A DNA stretch of 63,801 bases, the filler included, from Perkinsus chesapeaki ATCC PRA-425 (lineage: Eukaryota > Protista > Perkinsozoa), in the NCBI GenBank assembly GCA_013115145.1. It is 5 parts of 5 records of this genome, joined end to end, with 100 filler letters (N's around TTAATTAATTAA, not from the genome) between each part and the next. Parts side by side here need not be neighbours in the genome. Positions count along the whole stretch, not along the records: positions 29,163 to 56,887 come from JAAPAO010000487.1; positions 56,988 to 58,447 come from JAAPAO010001948.1; positions 58,548 to 62,525 come from JAAPAO010001335.1; positions 62,626 to 63,801 come from JAAPAO010002126.1; 1 more part is not named here. One strand, given 5' to 3'. Position numbers and translations under genes: made by a program. Shown here piece by piece: positions 49,815-62,627 of this stretch. Positions within the stretch are counted from its first letter, which is position 1. Every line of letters starts with the position of its first letter. The notes below the pieces were generated by a model. It saw only the letters and a program-made list of their open reading frames with translations, was not told the DNA's origin and did no database searches.

Positions 49815-52341
49815 ATGGATACATCATATCAAACTACCTCAGCATCAACAGTACATATACCACATGAAGTTAACGATCCAAGCAACAATCATCGTGGACA
49901 AGTTGTAAGTGAAAAAACCGTTGCGTTAGTGGTCGCGCATTCCGTGTAGGAAGTGAGGTATCTTGAGGTTGAAGCGGGTTAGATATACGATAGGTTAACT
50001 CGTGTTCCTTTCAGACACCTGATTCATCCGTCCGTGTTGGAGTTGATGTCGGAGTTAGACCAAGCACAGGTGAGCTCTACCCTCACCGATCGCACATTTT
50101 CCACCCTCTCGATCAGAATCTCATATCGACATCGCCAACATGTTCCCATCAGCTGCCGATGGTGATGCGATAATCCCGGATGCCACTCCCAGCTCCGAGG
50201 TGAGTGCAAACTCAATAAAAACGGCCGCAGATGTCCCCAATAAAGTTAGCTAATCTCTTATTGGTCGTGCTCAGGTACCCCAAGGTACCCCTGGGTTAAA
50301 TGTACGTCATCACGCCGCCACACCCTTCCAAGTTCGGTAATAACAACGATCGGCTATCCGGCAACTGCATATTTGATCTCTCAGGGCTGTTGGGTTGGCG
50401 ACTCCACCACATCTTCATTCAACTGGAGCTCGGAGCCAGCAGGACGCGCTCAGTCAGGGGCAAGCTATCGTCACATGCAGGAAGAAGATTTATCAAGCGG
50501 AGGTGAGCCGCTGTGGTGATGGTCATTTTGGTCATGTTAGGCAGATACTGCTCTATCCAGGGAAGAAAGTCCGAGGCCCCAAACGTCAATCTCAAAGTAA
50601 GCTGATGCTTTTTGAGAGTGCTGTTGATGAATTAGTACTCTTAGTCGAGGCCGAGCAGGACAAGTACACGTTGGAGAGGGCTAAGATGGAGGGTAACATT
50701 GAAGAGGTGAGATGCTCTATCTTAATTAGGCAACAGCTTCGACTAGCAGGTCCTCGTTGGTTGGGATTTGCATTCCCAGCTCCTACCGAAAGGTGTCTAT
50801 TACCATAAGAGGAAGAAAGCATATGTAACCACCCCCTACCACACTACCAGCTTGAAGGAAATGGTTCATGTTTGACAGATTGCCAGTATTAACATTTCTG
50901 CGGCCAATCGTCAGCCGGGCCCGCTAGCTGCAGCGGCAAGGCATCGAGAACTTGCCCAAGCATTGTCAGCTACTCGAGGTGAATTCAATGGTCACGTGCC
51001 TCCTCCGCCCATTCTACCTCCGGGAACAGTGGTACCTCCTAAACCCACAACGGCTAAGGTAAGCTTCACAGCTTTGGTGATGAGTGGGATGGCTGTGTTG
51101 TTGTTGTTCAGATTGATGGACCGGCACGCCAGACTCTAGCTGAGGCTATCTCGGATAGGGCTAAGATGGAGTCGGCTAGCTCGGAGGAGGAGCTCATGCG
51201 GGTAAGATGCTGCTGCTGGACTCATGCCTGTCGGCGGCGGCCATTCCTTTTGGTTAGATTGTTCACGAGCTGCGAGGACCGAAGGCCCGCAGCACCAAAC
51301 GAAAGTCTTTGAATCCGGACGAGAAGTTGCCGGCCGGGGTGTACTTCAAGCCGGAGTCGAACTGCTATCAAGCACAAGTGTCGGTGAATCGACGGAATAT
51401 CCGGGGACCACCGAGGCAGACGCTGGAGGAGGCTATTAGTGACCGCCAGAGGCTGCTGGTTGCAAAAGCTCAAGGTGAGTAGCTCGTCTGATGGATGATT
51501 GGGTTTGTTAACGAAGGATCAGGTCGTGCTGAAGAGGAAGTTGTACTGCTGAAGGTGGACTATCAGCGAACCCTGGCATTGGAGGGGTGCGTAGGAGGTC
51601 TGATGCCCGGTGAACGATCTACTGGAGACAGGAGGGCGAGGGGAAGACCGAAGGGATCTGTGTCTGGTGCACACAGGTACATCTGGGGCTGCAGGTTATG
51701 GGGGATTAGGTTACCTGTGTTTGTTAGGTTTGCCCTGCAGTCGGCCTTGCCCAGCAGTGGTATGATGCTGCCGCCTCCTCCGCCTGGTATGTTCCCACCA
51801 GCAGCAGAAGGTGGTCCTCCTTTTAACCTGCCGCTGTTCTTTGCGGCTCAAGCTGCTCAACAAGGAGCTACTTCGGACGCTGATGTGGGGAAATGGAGTC
51901 AATCATTTTGTTCACTTTGTCTCTGCTCAGGTCGGTCATCCCGATTACTCCGCGGGCACAGCGGAACAGATCATGTTATTAAACCAATACATCCAACAAG
52001 CGGCGGGAGTTCTCGCAGATGAGGGCAACGTTAGCAGTGACCAGCAGCCACCCAACGGCAGCGCCGCCGCCGGCAACCATACCATACCGCACGGTACAGC
52101 TCCCCATGAGGACAGACTCTCCTCTACTGAAGCGGTGGTACCCTCGGCTGACCCCTCATCACCGACTACGTCCCCTGATGCTACTAATGATGTCGTACAG
52201 GCTATGCTAGCAGCCTCTGGCATGCTGGATGCTGCCAATGCTGCGGCAGCTGCTGCTGGTGTTGACCCTGGAACCGGCGAGGATATTGGCAATCAAGGCG
52301 GTGGGTCTGATCGACCAAATAAGATGCAAAGAGTGTCATAA
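49815..52341 (+). CDS. Putative DNA-binding protein with three AP2-like (RGPxR...EA..DR) repeats
   Basis: Repeats KKVRGPKRQSQ..EAEQDK, IDGPARQTLAEAISDRAKM and LPAGVYFKPESNCYQAQVSVNRRNIRGPPRQTLEEAISDRQRL; low-complexity P/A/Q-rich C-terminus. Start inferred. Confidence 0.55.
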
Positions 52342-52481
52342 TAATAATATTACTTTTTGGGATGCTTTATTTTCTATACCATTGTCGGCTGTATCGATAA
52401 TGGCATCCTTCACGTGAAGTTAATAATATCAGTACTATTAGTAGTAGTTGTTGTTGGATTAGTTGTCGTGGTGCATTGGTG

Positions 52482-54195
52482 ATGAGACGGCAACAGGTGA
52501 TTCTGTCAGAGGCAGTGGTGTTCTATTGAAGACTGTGCTGCTGTTATCCGCAGTTGTGTAGCAGCAGCAGTCCTGCCTGCGCAAAAATGATGTAACACTA
52601 AATTGATATTATGTGTCATCTGTTGCGTTAAAGTCAATTCAACATTCCTCGGCATTTTCAACGGATCATGCAAGACATCGCCTGGCAGAACGAGTTTGAT
52701 AAAGACAACGATGACCAGGTCATCGGCGAGGTTGCTGCGGGGAGCAGCCAACCCTCCGCGGTGACGCAGCTGCTTGAGAAACGAAGGGAGATGTACGAGG
52801 TCGACGATGCCTTGGAAGCGCAGAAGTCAAAGTAAAGAAAGAAGCAACGTTAACACTCGATGAAAAGGAAAGATACGCGGCGGAGGAGGAGACATTCCGA
52901 AACAAGGAGGATCAACTGCGAGCAAAGGACCTACAGCTCCAGCATCAGCTCATCAAGTTCAACAAGTTCCTTCAAGTGCGGTGGTCTGCCCGCTAATAGA
53001 GTTGAAACTCGAGCCTGGGTAGGATAACGAGGGCAAGCGACGTCGGGCTGAGGTGAGGGCTGGGGAGGAGTCGGCTCAGATAAGGGAGAAGGAGAACGAG
53101 ATTGATGAGATTGAACGGTGCGGAGATATGTCGTATGAATGATGCCTTGTGTTTGATAGGCAACTGCGAGAGTCTCATCGACTGCATCGCGAGCTTCAAC
53201 TGGAGGTTAATAAAAGTAGATGAAGATGGGTGAAGGAAATGATATAGTCATTCACGTCAGATGGCTGCTACGAGGCTTTCCTGGAGCTTGTGAGGGATAC
53301 CTCCGATGAGTACAATGACATACAAGATATTCTTACAAGGTCGGTCATCCTCGAGTCGGTAGTGCCGGCATGAGTTTGTCAGGTATCATTCATTGGAGGA
53401 GGCTAACGAAGACCTGAGAGAAGCGCAATCGGTCCTAGACGTACAGGCTGAGGATGTACGGGGGAAGCTGCAAAGCTATAATAAGCAGAAGGCGATGGAA
53501 ATACTTGGAGCAACAAATAGGGCAGCTTCACTTCAATCACAACTGGAAGACGCTGAAAAACTCGCAGTGAAGTGGGATCGACGATGCCAGAAAATGGCTA
53601 TCGTTCTTGCAGGCTGGACGAGCAGGTTAATGAAGTATCTCAGCAAGACGCGGGACTTCGGCTTGACTTTGGTCAGATCGTTGCCAGTGTAGAGAACCTC
53701 TTCAATAGGTAGGTGTTATAAGCACACCAGACCTCAATCATTACGTTCCGACAGGTGCGTATCGCAGAGGCCGCAGATTCAACATGGCAGTTCCATGCTG
53801 GATGATGATGATGAAGATTTAGATGCCTCGACAGGTGCCCCGTGTCATTCAGTCTGCGTCAGCGGTTGTCAGGAGGCGGAGGGTCGCCATTGAAGAAGGG
53901 AGGGAGAAGCTCGTCACAGAAGGAAAGGATTGAAGCGGAGATTCTGGGATACAGAAAGAAAACTGACAAGGCTTTGAAGCAGCTTTCAAGCAAGCCCGTG
54001 AAGTCGAAGAAATTGAGCAAGTTCCTCAACTTAGTTATATGTGCCTACATTTCCGATTTACGCGATATCGCTGATCAAGTGAAGAAGGAGAAGAAAGCGA
54101 TGAAAAAGCAGCACCGGCCGGCTACGTTCGACCGGACCACGCCGTCTGTGGCGGAGATTATCAACACATTTGCTCCTCCCGAGGCTTTCTCTTAA
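52482..54195 (+). CDS. CCDC42/CFAP73 (DUF4200) flagellar coiled-coil protein; start uncertain
   Basis: SAVTQLLEKRREMYEVDDALEAQK, KEDQLRAKDLQLQHQLIKFNKFLQDNEGKRRRAE, DFGQIVASVENLFNR and QLSVICAYISDLRDI match the family pattern. Confidence 0.8.
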
Positions 54196-55248
54196 GCATC
54201 CCATTTGTGTACCATCGTTTTGTTGTTGCAATCATCGGCATTTATATGTATCATAGCTGATGTGTCCGGCGGCAGGCTGTTGTGTTAGAACGAAGTACAC
54301 TATCAGAGGACGATGACAAACTCCTCACAACTGTTACGACTTTACACCAATCAAAAGATAGACAGAAAGAATTACGGTCATCGCTGTGGAATACTGCCCT
54401 TAAGCGATGTAGCAGGGTTAGGCTGTAGGATAATAAAGAAGGCACAGCTAACAGCGATAATGGTGCGACCGCGGCTGACATCATTTCCTACGTCAGGTGA
54501 CGTCATTCTGGAAACTCTCTTTTTACGCCAGCGTCGGTCCACGGGATGCTCGCTCATTTCGAGGAGATACCGGCCGCTGCTGGAGCGTCCTCGTTTTACA
54601 GTCGTACCATCGAAACAGATAAATACATAGCGCTCAATGACGATAGGACTGCTGCTGGAGAAACCTTATCATGTTCCTAAATCATCATTTGCAACTCATC
54701 TGTATAATCTCCCAGCCAATGTAGGGGTCGGACCACAAGTCGCAACGCGGTAACTGCGTCGCAGTTGTTTCCTCATCAACTCGCAGTGCGATTATTTCGG
54801 AAACCCAATGAGCGATCGGTTTGAGGAAATTTCTGGTTTGAAGGGGCTCACTTTGCTCTCAGTGTCTGATCGATTAGGAGCCAGAGTTTGGTATCGCCCT
54901 CAAGGCGAGTTATAAATTGTGGCAACACTCTGTTGTTTCGTCTCTAAAGGCGAGCGATTCCTGTCCCTTTGCATGCCCGATAACAAAAGACCATGACAGT
55001 GCCGAAACCGAGTCGGCCAATGAGTGGTTGTTGAGGGATCAGTAAAACAGCGAGATTGTAGGCAACCGCGATCCACATCATATGCTCTTCCTGCATCTTT
55101 TTCTGAGTTCCCTCGTCCCATTTTTTTGACGAGCAGCTCCTCGGTCATTACAGCGAACCTCGTCTGCCAATGATATTCGCAGTCATCGTCATGAGCGTCA
55201 TGTGCTGGTCCATCCGAGCTGAAACATAGTATCGATAATGAATACTGT

Positions 55249-55572
55249 GTGGAGAGCACTATGGTTGGCTTCGATGTGCAAACTGCTACCAGCTCCAAGT
55301 TGACGTTGGCAATCTGGGTTGACGGGGTTAAGTTGTACGAGTCAAAAGCTATGAACCTTACATCCGAGGAGGAGCATTTCGTCGTCGAGAGCGGGAGCAG
55401 CCGAAAGATCTACAAAGACTTCATGAACAGGATGATTCTAAAATGTGTAGGCGTCATTAAAGCCGGTGATTTATCGTGGTTTGACCCCAATGACGACGCA
55501 ACATCGGTCACTACGGTGGTGGGAGGCAATCAAGCAATACTCATAGAAGGGTCCTGCCAACAGAAAAGCTAG
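55249..55572 (+). CDS. Terminal exon of a hypothetical protein
   Basis: 107-aa open frame with normal composition; upstream exons unresolved. Confidence 0.3.
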   Translation: MESTMVGFDVQTATSSKLTLAIWVDGVKLYESKAMNLTSEEEHFVVESGSSRKIYKDFMNRMILKCVGVIKAGDLSWFDPNDDATSVTTVVGGNQAILIEGSCQQKS

Positions 55573-57022
55573 CCTCCAGCTATTTGTCGTCGACTTATCT
55601 ACATTTCTATTTATAATGGGCAATAGATTTTTTTCAAGTAGAGCCTTATGGACGGGCAGAAAGATAACTTCTAAACCCCATGGGTAGACGCGGGTTACTG
55701 ACAGCTTGTGATTGTAGACTGAGGATTCGGGTGGCAGGATGAAGCATGTTAGTGATCCTGATTTGGCACCACCTTTGTGGCATACACTGTGGCCTCTATG
55801 CCAGCTGCTGTGGGACTCTTGCTGGCATGTACAAGTTTCTTGCGAAGCCTGCCCCTCGTGGAATCCTCGAAGTTGAGTTCGCCGTCGATCTCGGGCCTAA
55901 GGAATTTACTGTTCCCCATAGCCCCGACTTCACTACTGTTAACTCACTAACTCACTACGGAGAAGAGATCCTTTGAAAGGAGTCTACCGATGGAGCATTA
56001 TGTCCGGAGATGATTCTACCGTAGACTGTGTAATCACAAGGAGAAATTCGCCGAATTGTTTACGAGATGCTGTAGCCTTCCAAGGGAGTTGTTCCATGCT
56101 ACAAAGTTCATGGCAATTGTTATTAAAGATTTGCCTGGTATGGGTTTGTGTCAGACAGATTGCCTGAGACAAGTCGTAACATGGATGATAGTGCCACTAT
56201 CATAGTGAATAACCGGAGTAGATTGATATATTGATCTGAGCGAGGTTTCCTTCGCTCGCCAGTTTACAAGACAATTTCCAGTGCAGCGGAGGACTGCCAT
56301 CGCTTCAAGGATGCCATATAACCCCTAGACTTGAACCCCTCAAGATACATCAATTTGCTGCGGCTTGACATAAGGGTTCCATGGAACTCAACACAATATG
56401 CTCCATTGGAATGTGCTCGAAAGATGCCGTTTGCTAATGGCAGTACATGATGGACTTCATAATGACTAACTGATGGTCAACCCAGTGTCCGCAAGTGTCA
56501 ATGTAAGCAGAAGGATATAATCTATAATATCGGTATATTACCAAGATCAACACCTCATCAACCCGAATTCTACCACCAGACTAAAGATCAGCATAAATAG
56601 GCCTCAGAGTTAATGACATACTGTTGCCAGGGCATACTATAATAGATCAAGGAGCTTGAGTGATACAGTCTCAGCTCATTAAATAGGTAACGGATTGAGC
56701 TGCAGTCAGGTTATAAGCAGCTCAGTTGCCGACACAATCTCTCGGCTTCCTCAGCGTGAAGTTGTTGGACATCCTCACGGGTCCCTCTACTGAAGCTCAT
56801 GCTAACTGACGCATTTCCAGCGTAGAGAAAACGAGTCAGCGTTTTCTTGGAGGGGAAATCACGCGACTGCAGGGTTTCCCTAGGTTANNNNNNNNNNNNN
56901 NNNNNNNNNNNNNNNNNNNNNNNNNNNNNNNTTAATTAATTAANNNNNNNNNNNNNNNNNNNNNNNNNNNNNNNNNNNNNNNNNNNNCTTAGTTCCCCCT
57001 TTTCCTTTTTTTTGTTTATATA

Positions 57023-58288
57023 ATGGATATAACCCTCGGCACCTTTGTATCGACGCCGGATTTGGCGCCTACTATCGTCAAGGTCCTTGCTCGTTTTAAA
57101 GTTACTACTGTTGACGTCCTCAAAGACGTGTATGAAGATGTAGAGGCACGTAACACCATTGGTGATGAGTGCGCGAAGACCTTCATGTCCGACAGTGCTG
57201 TTGATGAAGTGCTCGTATCGTCGCCGTCTACTGTAGCGGAACTAAGTGCAGCCTCTGAACAGCCAGAACAACAAGATAGTACCAGTGGAGAGGTTCCTGG
57301 AGCGAATACTACCACTGCTACTACTGTTAAGAAGGCTTCGGTAGATTATGACAAGCTTGAGTATCAGATAATAAAGGCGAGAGTAATTGGTGCTCTTAAA
57401 AGGGTAGCAAAGTCTGGCCGTAGTGACGCACAAAATGATATGGAAGATACTATCCAGTTGGTGAATTCGAAAGCTTTGGTTACTCTTGGTGTTATCCCGT
57501 CTGAGTCTGTTACTTTAATTCCTCAGTTAACAGAGAAGATCTATAAAGATCCACTTGGATATTATCAGTTGCGGTCGTATCGAGAAGGAGAGACTGGTAG
57601 ACCTAAGGTTGTCTCAGGATTGAACAACGAGTCGGTATGGATAAAGGGTCTACCTAAGGGAGTACCGATCGGCACTTTCGAGCATTGGATATCGGCAGTT
57701 TGTGGTTGGGGCGTTACGGTATGTATTGTGTTGAATGAGAATCCGGTATGTGTCCTAGAGTATGCTAGCAGGGTTGCAAGTTTAGCATCCCAGGTGGGAG
57801 TGGCCCCAGCGTTGAAGTATGATAACCAGTATCGTATGCAGTTGAAGGCTAATGCTCATAGGTTACAAGCAGCTAACACTTCTTTATCTTTGGGAAAATG
57901 TTTTGCAGAGTGTCTTCGTCACAATCAATCTAACGATTTGATGATTCAAGCTTACGGTAGCAAAGAAGTCCGTACCAATGGTAATAATAGCGAGGGAACT
58001 AATGCGGTCTCTCGTGGCCAAAATAGTTCTGTTGTTGTTAATCGTTTCACTCCGGGTGTATGTAAATACAACCGAAAGGACTGCCCCTTCCCATCCTGTA
58101 AGTACTCAACTCATGCTGACGAGTTGTTTCAACACAGTAGTACTGGGAAAGGTTATACCGGTAAAGGTTTCGGTAAAGGTCAGCAGGGAGGTCATTGGCT
58201 GAGACAGGCGGGTGATGGAAAAAGAAGTGCACAATCTTTGTCTCCTCCAGTATCTAGTGCTAATAGTAAAGTGGCTAAGACTAACTAA
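57023..58288 (+). mobile_element. Gag-like ORF1 of a probable DIRS/Ngaro-type (tyrosine-recombinase) retrotransposon
   Basis: Intronless 421 aa; VLEYASRVASLASQVGVAPALKYDNQYRMQL resembles the Y..I..LA.....YD..FR motif of such ORF1s; CKYNRKDCPFPSCKYSTH CCCH-like finger; GKG-rich tail; contig bounded by gaps on both sides. RT and recombinase are not in view. Confidence 0.55.
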
Positions 58289-59360
58289 TTCTGATTAATC
58301 TCATCTATTTTCATTATCCAGGTTGTCTTTGTGTTCAATGTTGATTAAATGTGTGGTTACATTTTGGCAAGCATTACTAATTGGTGGTACAAATCATGTC
58401 AGCCTTTGCGGTGTGGAACAGTACACAACCGGCTGTGGGATCCGAAGNNNNNNNNNNNNNNNNNNNNNNNNNNNNNNNNNNNNNNNNNNNNTTAATTAAT
58501 TAANNNNNNNNNNNNNNNNNNNNNNNNNNNNNNNNNNNNNNNNNNNNAATAGCTAACACAATTTGTCCCTTTCTAACTGTAGCTTCATTAATGTAGTGGT
58601 TCCCCAGCCTTCTTCGGATCCTAAGCCTTCCAGGCTTAGGTAGCCTTCCACAATCCCTGTGTGCGTCGTAAACTACCAGACTGGCGAGTGTCTCATACGC
58701 ACACTTCGTAACATCGTATTACAACTACTTCGTAACATACACTACTCCTGTCAGGAGTAGTGATCCCCGCCTTTCCCACAGTATACCAATTCTCTCACAT
58801 AGACAGTAAGTGTGTGCTACCATGCTACAGTCTAGGGCGTGAGATCTACATGTTCGTTCGAGGTAGGATTTTCCACTTATACTCAGCACGGCGAGTCATT
58901 TACCTACGAAACTGTGCTCCTGAGGGTTCACACTGAACCGTTCACCAAACCTGACTTCATCGTATGAAGTTCATACGATTACTCTTTGACGCGGGGGGCC
59001 TTTGGCTCGTCGCTGTTCTGAACTCATGCCCTGCTCTTGTCTTCCAAATCCTTTATATCTCATTTCGTACTAATCTCCCGTTCGGGCACAATGCGAGAAG
59101 TTCTCACTGCGAACACTACAGTCACCGCCTTGCGTGAGGTCGCAGATGTGCCCAAAGTTACACTCCCGCAAGCACTTACATAATATGTAGGTCAAAATAA
59201 GGAAAGTGAACAAAAGTAAGGAAACATTCTCGCTCACCCATAGCGACAAAAATCTAAGGTGAAGAAGTCGGCTGCAGGAACCGACCGTCAGTGTTGAGTT
59301 AAGCAACTAGGGTCGCAGCTCAGCGTTCCCGCACTGCGGGACCCGCAGTAGCCTTTCGTA

Positions 59361-59549
59361 ATGCCTATAGTTACTTCGGGAGTCTACGGTGACCCAAAAG
59401 CCACCATAGAGTTGAACTTTAAGTATGGGGTTTGGCGCAGGAAAGAGCTGAAGCAATCAATCCAGTTAATGTTCAACATTAAAGTGACCGAGCTGCACAC
59501 TAGTAAGAAGAGCGAGAAAGTAGCCTACAAAGTGTTTGGCTGTAACTAG
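59361..59549 (+). CDS. 62-aa ORF resembling the ribosomal protein uL23 core
   Basis: PIVT...LNFKYGVWRRKELKQSIQLMFNIKVTELHTSKKSEKVAY aligns by eye to the uL23 pattern P..T...L.F.V...A.K.QIK.AV..L...V..VNT....EKKAY. Confidence 0.3.
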   Translation: MPIVTSGVYGDPKATIELNFKYGVWRRKELKQSIQLMFNIKVTELHTSKKSEKVAYKVFGCN

Positions 59550-59826
59550 AGTCTTAGTCGAGAGAATTGGTACTAATCCTTATTTCTGGTGCATTTCTGT
59601 CACAAGTCGTAGCTTTGGCATCTTTGCGACTCTGTTGTGATTAATTAGCACTGCTAATTAGCTGCTAATTTAGCAGCACGCAAGAGAGTGCGTGGTATCG
59701 TAATTTGTTCAATCACGAGACGTAGTTCGACTACCACTCGTGTCACTAGTCCTACTCACTCCTAGCCGAAGGCAGAGTTTCCACTCCCGAGAAAGTCGAG
59801 ATGCGTTTATAATGAGAGGTCATCGG

Positions 59827-60034
59827 CCGATAATAACGTTCATCTACCCTCATCTCCCGATAATAACCCCCATCGCCCGATAATAACCCTCATCGCCCGA
59901 TAATAACCGTAGAGGAAGGCTTTTGAAAATAAACAAGTATTGCCCGACAATAACCCTCATTGCCCGATAATAACCTCGAGTACAGGTAAACCCGAAACCC
60001 GAACTGTGATACAGGTAAACCCGAAACCCCGTAT
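59827..60034. repeat. Dispersed short repeats CCCGATAATAACC (~6x) and CAGGTAAACCCGAAACCC (2x), possibly a transposon subterminal array
   Basis: Seen directly. AAACCCGAAACCCGAA also recurs at 62495-62510 and as its reverse complement at ~41665-41705. Confidence 0.75.
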
Positions 60035-62627
60035 CGTTAAAAAACGCAGTTTCGTTAGAAAAGTGATCCTTGGGAATTGTTAAGGGCGAGCGAGAAGTTT
60101 CCTTGGAAATCGTCTTTTTCCTTAGAAAAATGATTTTTCTCTAATATGTAAGTGTTAGTACACAATATGATATTATAACACCGTCAAAGAGCAATGGGCG
60201 ACGATCGGCAAGGATAGGTTCTTTGCCGTAGATCTCATGCTGATAGCATGAGATCTACGTTGCCGAATAGCATGATGCTATTCGGCAACTCACGCGAGAG
60301 AGACCCCCTGTTGTACTTTCATCGTACGCAGAGGATACGCTCTGGCAAAGGGAGTCGATCACGCTCTGCCCTACGATTCCGTGCTATTCTTTCGTTGTTT
60401 TCAGACAAATAGAATGTGAGCCTTTGAAGTCCTAATCTTGGCAAGTTGCCTATTCCATGTTTAAGGGCGTTATAATCAATAGAAACCCCGAAAAAGCCAA
60501 GGCTCTGCTGGCTTTACACTCGCAGCTGAAGCTTGGAGGTCCCGGCAGGACCGTCCGGCGCTTGTAGATGAACCTGTGGATACAGGATTCTCTTTGTCGG
60601 AGTCGGGCGTTCCTTATAGAAGCTTCCTATTATCACAATCTCGCAGCGCCCGAGTTCAATCGATGCCGATTGTACCAGGCTCCCGCATTTCAACCCTTTA
60701 CTCACTGCCCCGAATACTCGGATGTACGGGTTTTGCTACGTGTCTACACCGGAGTGTTTCAGCCGCGACAGGGATATAATATGGCTTATGCTCCGGCCCC
60801 TTTTGAGATAGGTAATGATGTTACCGTAATATGATTTATTCATATGAACTATTCGTAATCGATAGTAGGAAGTACAATAATTCAATTATTAATTGACAAT
60901 TAATCAGGTATGACGTTCAATTAATCCTAGTTTATCTGGGACAAAGTACAACGTATAAAGTGTCAAGTGTCAAGAATCGAGTTAGGGAGTTCACGTTCCT
61001 CTCTTGCTGTATAAAACCGTAAAGTCATATTTGCTTAGTCAACCTTATGAAAGTCATTTTTATTGCTATGCTGTGACAGTAATACTGTCAGTCTGACAGT
61101 ATTACCGTCACAGTATCAGACAGTGACACTGTCACAGTGTCAGATGGGCTCCACATGACCAAGGCTGCTCAATAGGATGTGTGATTGCAGGGGGTGGAAG
61201 GCTGCCACTGGAAGCAGAGAAGACAGCCTTCAACCTGGTGGTTGCGCCACGGGATTCCATGACCTCCATACTGCGGGTTACTTTATTGCCCAGACCATAA
61301 TTAAAGTAAGTACAATCTTTCGAATCACTACCACAGCCTGCGGTCCACAGGCATGTTTTTCCTTAGAATCACAGTTACGAGTATTATCAGTATTAATATA
61401 TCAGTATTAAGCGGCTTAATCTAAGCCGACAGGTGGCGAGTATTGTAAACTATGCCAACAGTCACTACCGGTTATACTCGACCCACCGAAAGCTAACATT
61501 ACTAGTCAGACTAGTCTAGTCTGATTCCCTTACGCGATATCCCCAATATCGTGAAATATTCGGACCGCGCACCTCAGAACGAAATCAACAACGATTCCGC
61601 GTATTCCACACCTACTCTACGAAGCAGGCTACCACGAGTCGCAGTTGCGGAAGGTAATTATGTGGAGCGATGCCTCTTACTCGCTCTTTGAGATCTAGCG
61701 TCATTCTTAACATATTAATTATATGATATACTATGTTTCCAGATACATCACATGCAGGCTGCGGGAGCAGCTCCCGCTCCCGTTGCTGCCTCTCCGTCCC
61801 GACCATCTACCTCTCCACGTTCAAGAGTAGGAATTACTCCAGCAACTGCTAATGTCTCAAACCCGTCCAGGACGGGCCGTTCTCTGCCTCATCCGCTCCT
61901 TATGATACTACTCCCCGTTTTCCGGTAGTAGTAGTTGCTGGTACTTCGGGACGCGGTCTTCTGGGGAATCCGAAGCGCAGATCTCTACTGCGGCGCCGTA
62001 ACTGCGCGCCCATCTTCCGATTGAACTTGTGTCGTCTTCTCAATGTATTCAATAGCTTATACAAACCATTATCTAGCAATGCTAGACTGGCATTCGACAT
62101 GTAGGCTGCGTGATGTAGCTGAGAACATGACCCATGCGGCCTCGCTCACTGAACGTTAAATCAGGAAAGCCACTGTACCGATATCATCCTTTTACATACT
62201 AAGAGTAGCCTCACAATACTGCCTCTACAGCCATTACGGCGTCGTCGCACATTTATCCACACATGCCTATGTTTCTCGGAACACCACAACTTATACTGCA
62301 TGACCTTGGTCATATAGGCGTCATTCCGTTCTCAGCAAACGTCTGCCAGGAACAGCAGCACTTTCAAAAGTAGCCCTCGTGTCCCTGTGGCGACTTGTTA
62401 CGTCCTAATGTATACCTTCTACGTCAAAGTTATGATGCTAGCTTTCGCATTACATAAAATCCCATCGAACACGGGAGTGCGGGAGGAATACTCAAACCCG
62501 AAACCCGAACACACTCCAAAAGTTGNNNNNNNNNNNNNNNNNNNNNNNNNNNNNNNNNNNNNNNNNNNNTTAATTAATTAANNNNNNNNNNNNNNNNNNN
62601 NNNNNNNNNNNNNNNNNNNNNNNNNAG

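Noticed and set aside
52978-53025. gagttgaaactc hairpin in a CCDC42 intron as another T-arm relic
   Set aside because: Lacks the invariant C of TTCRA and has a 6-nt loop; too weak.
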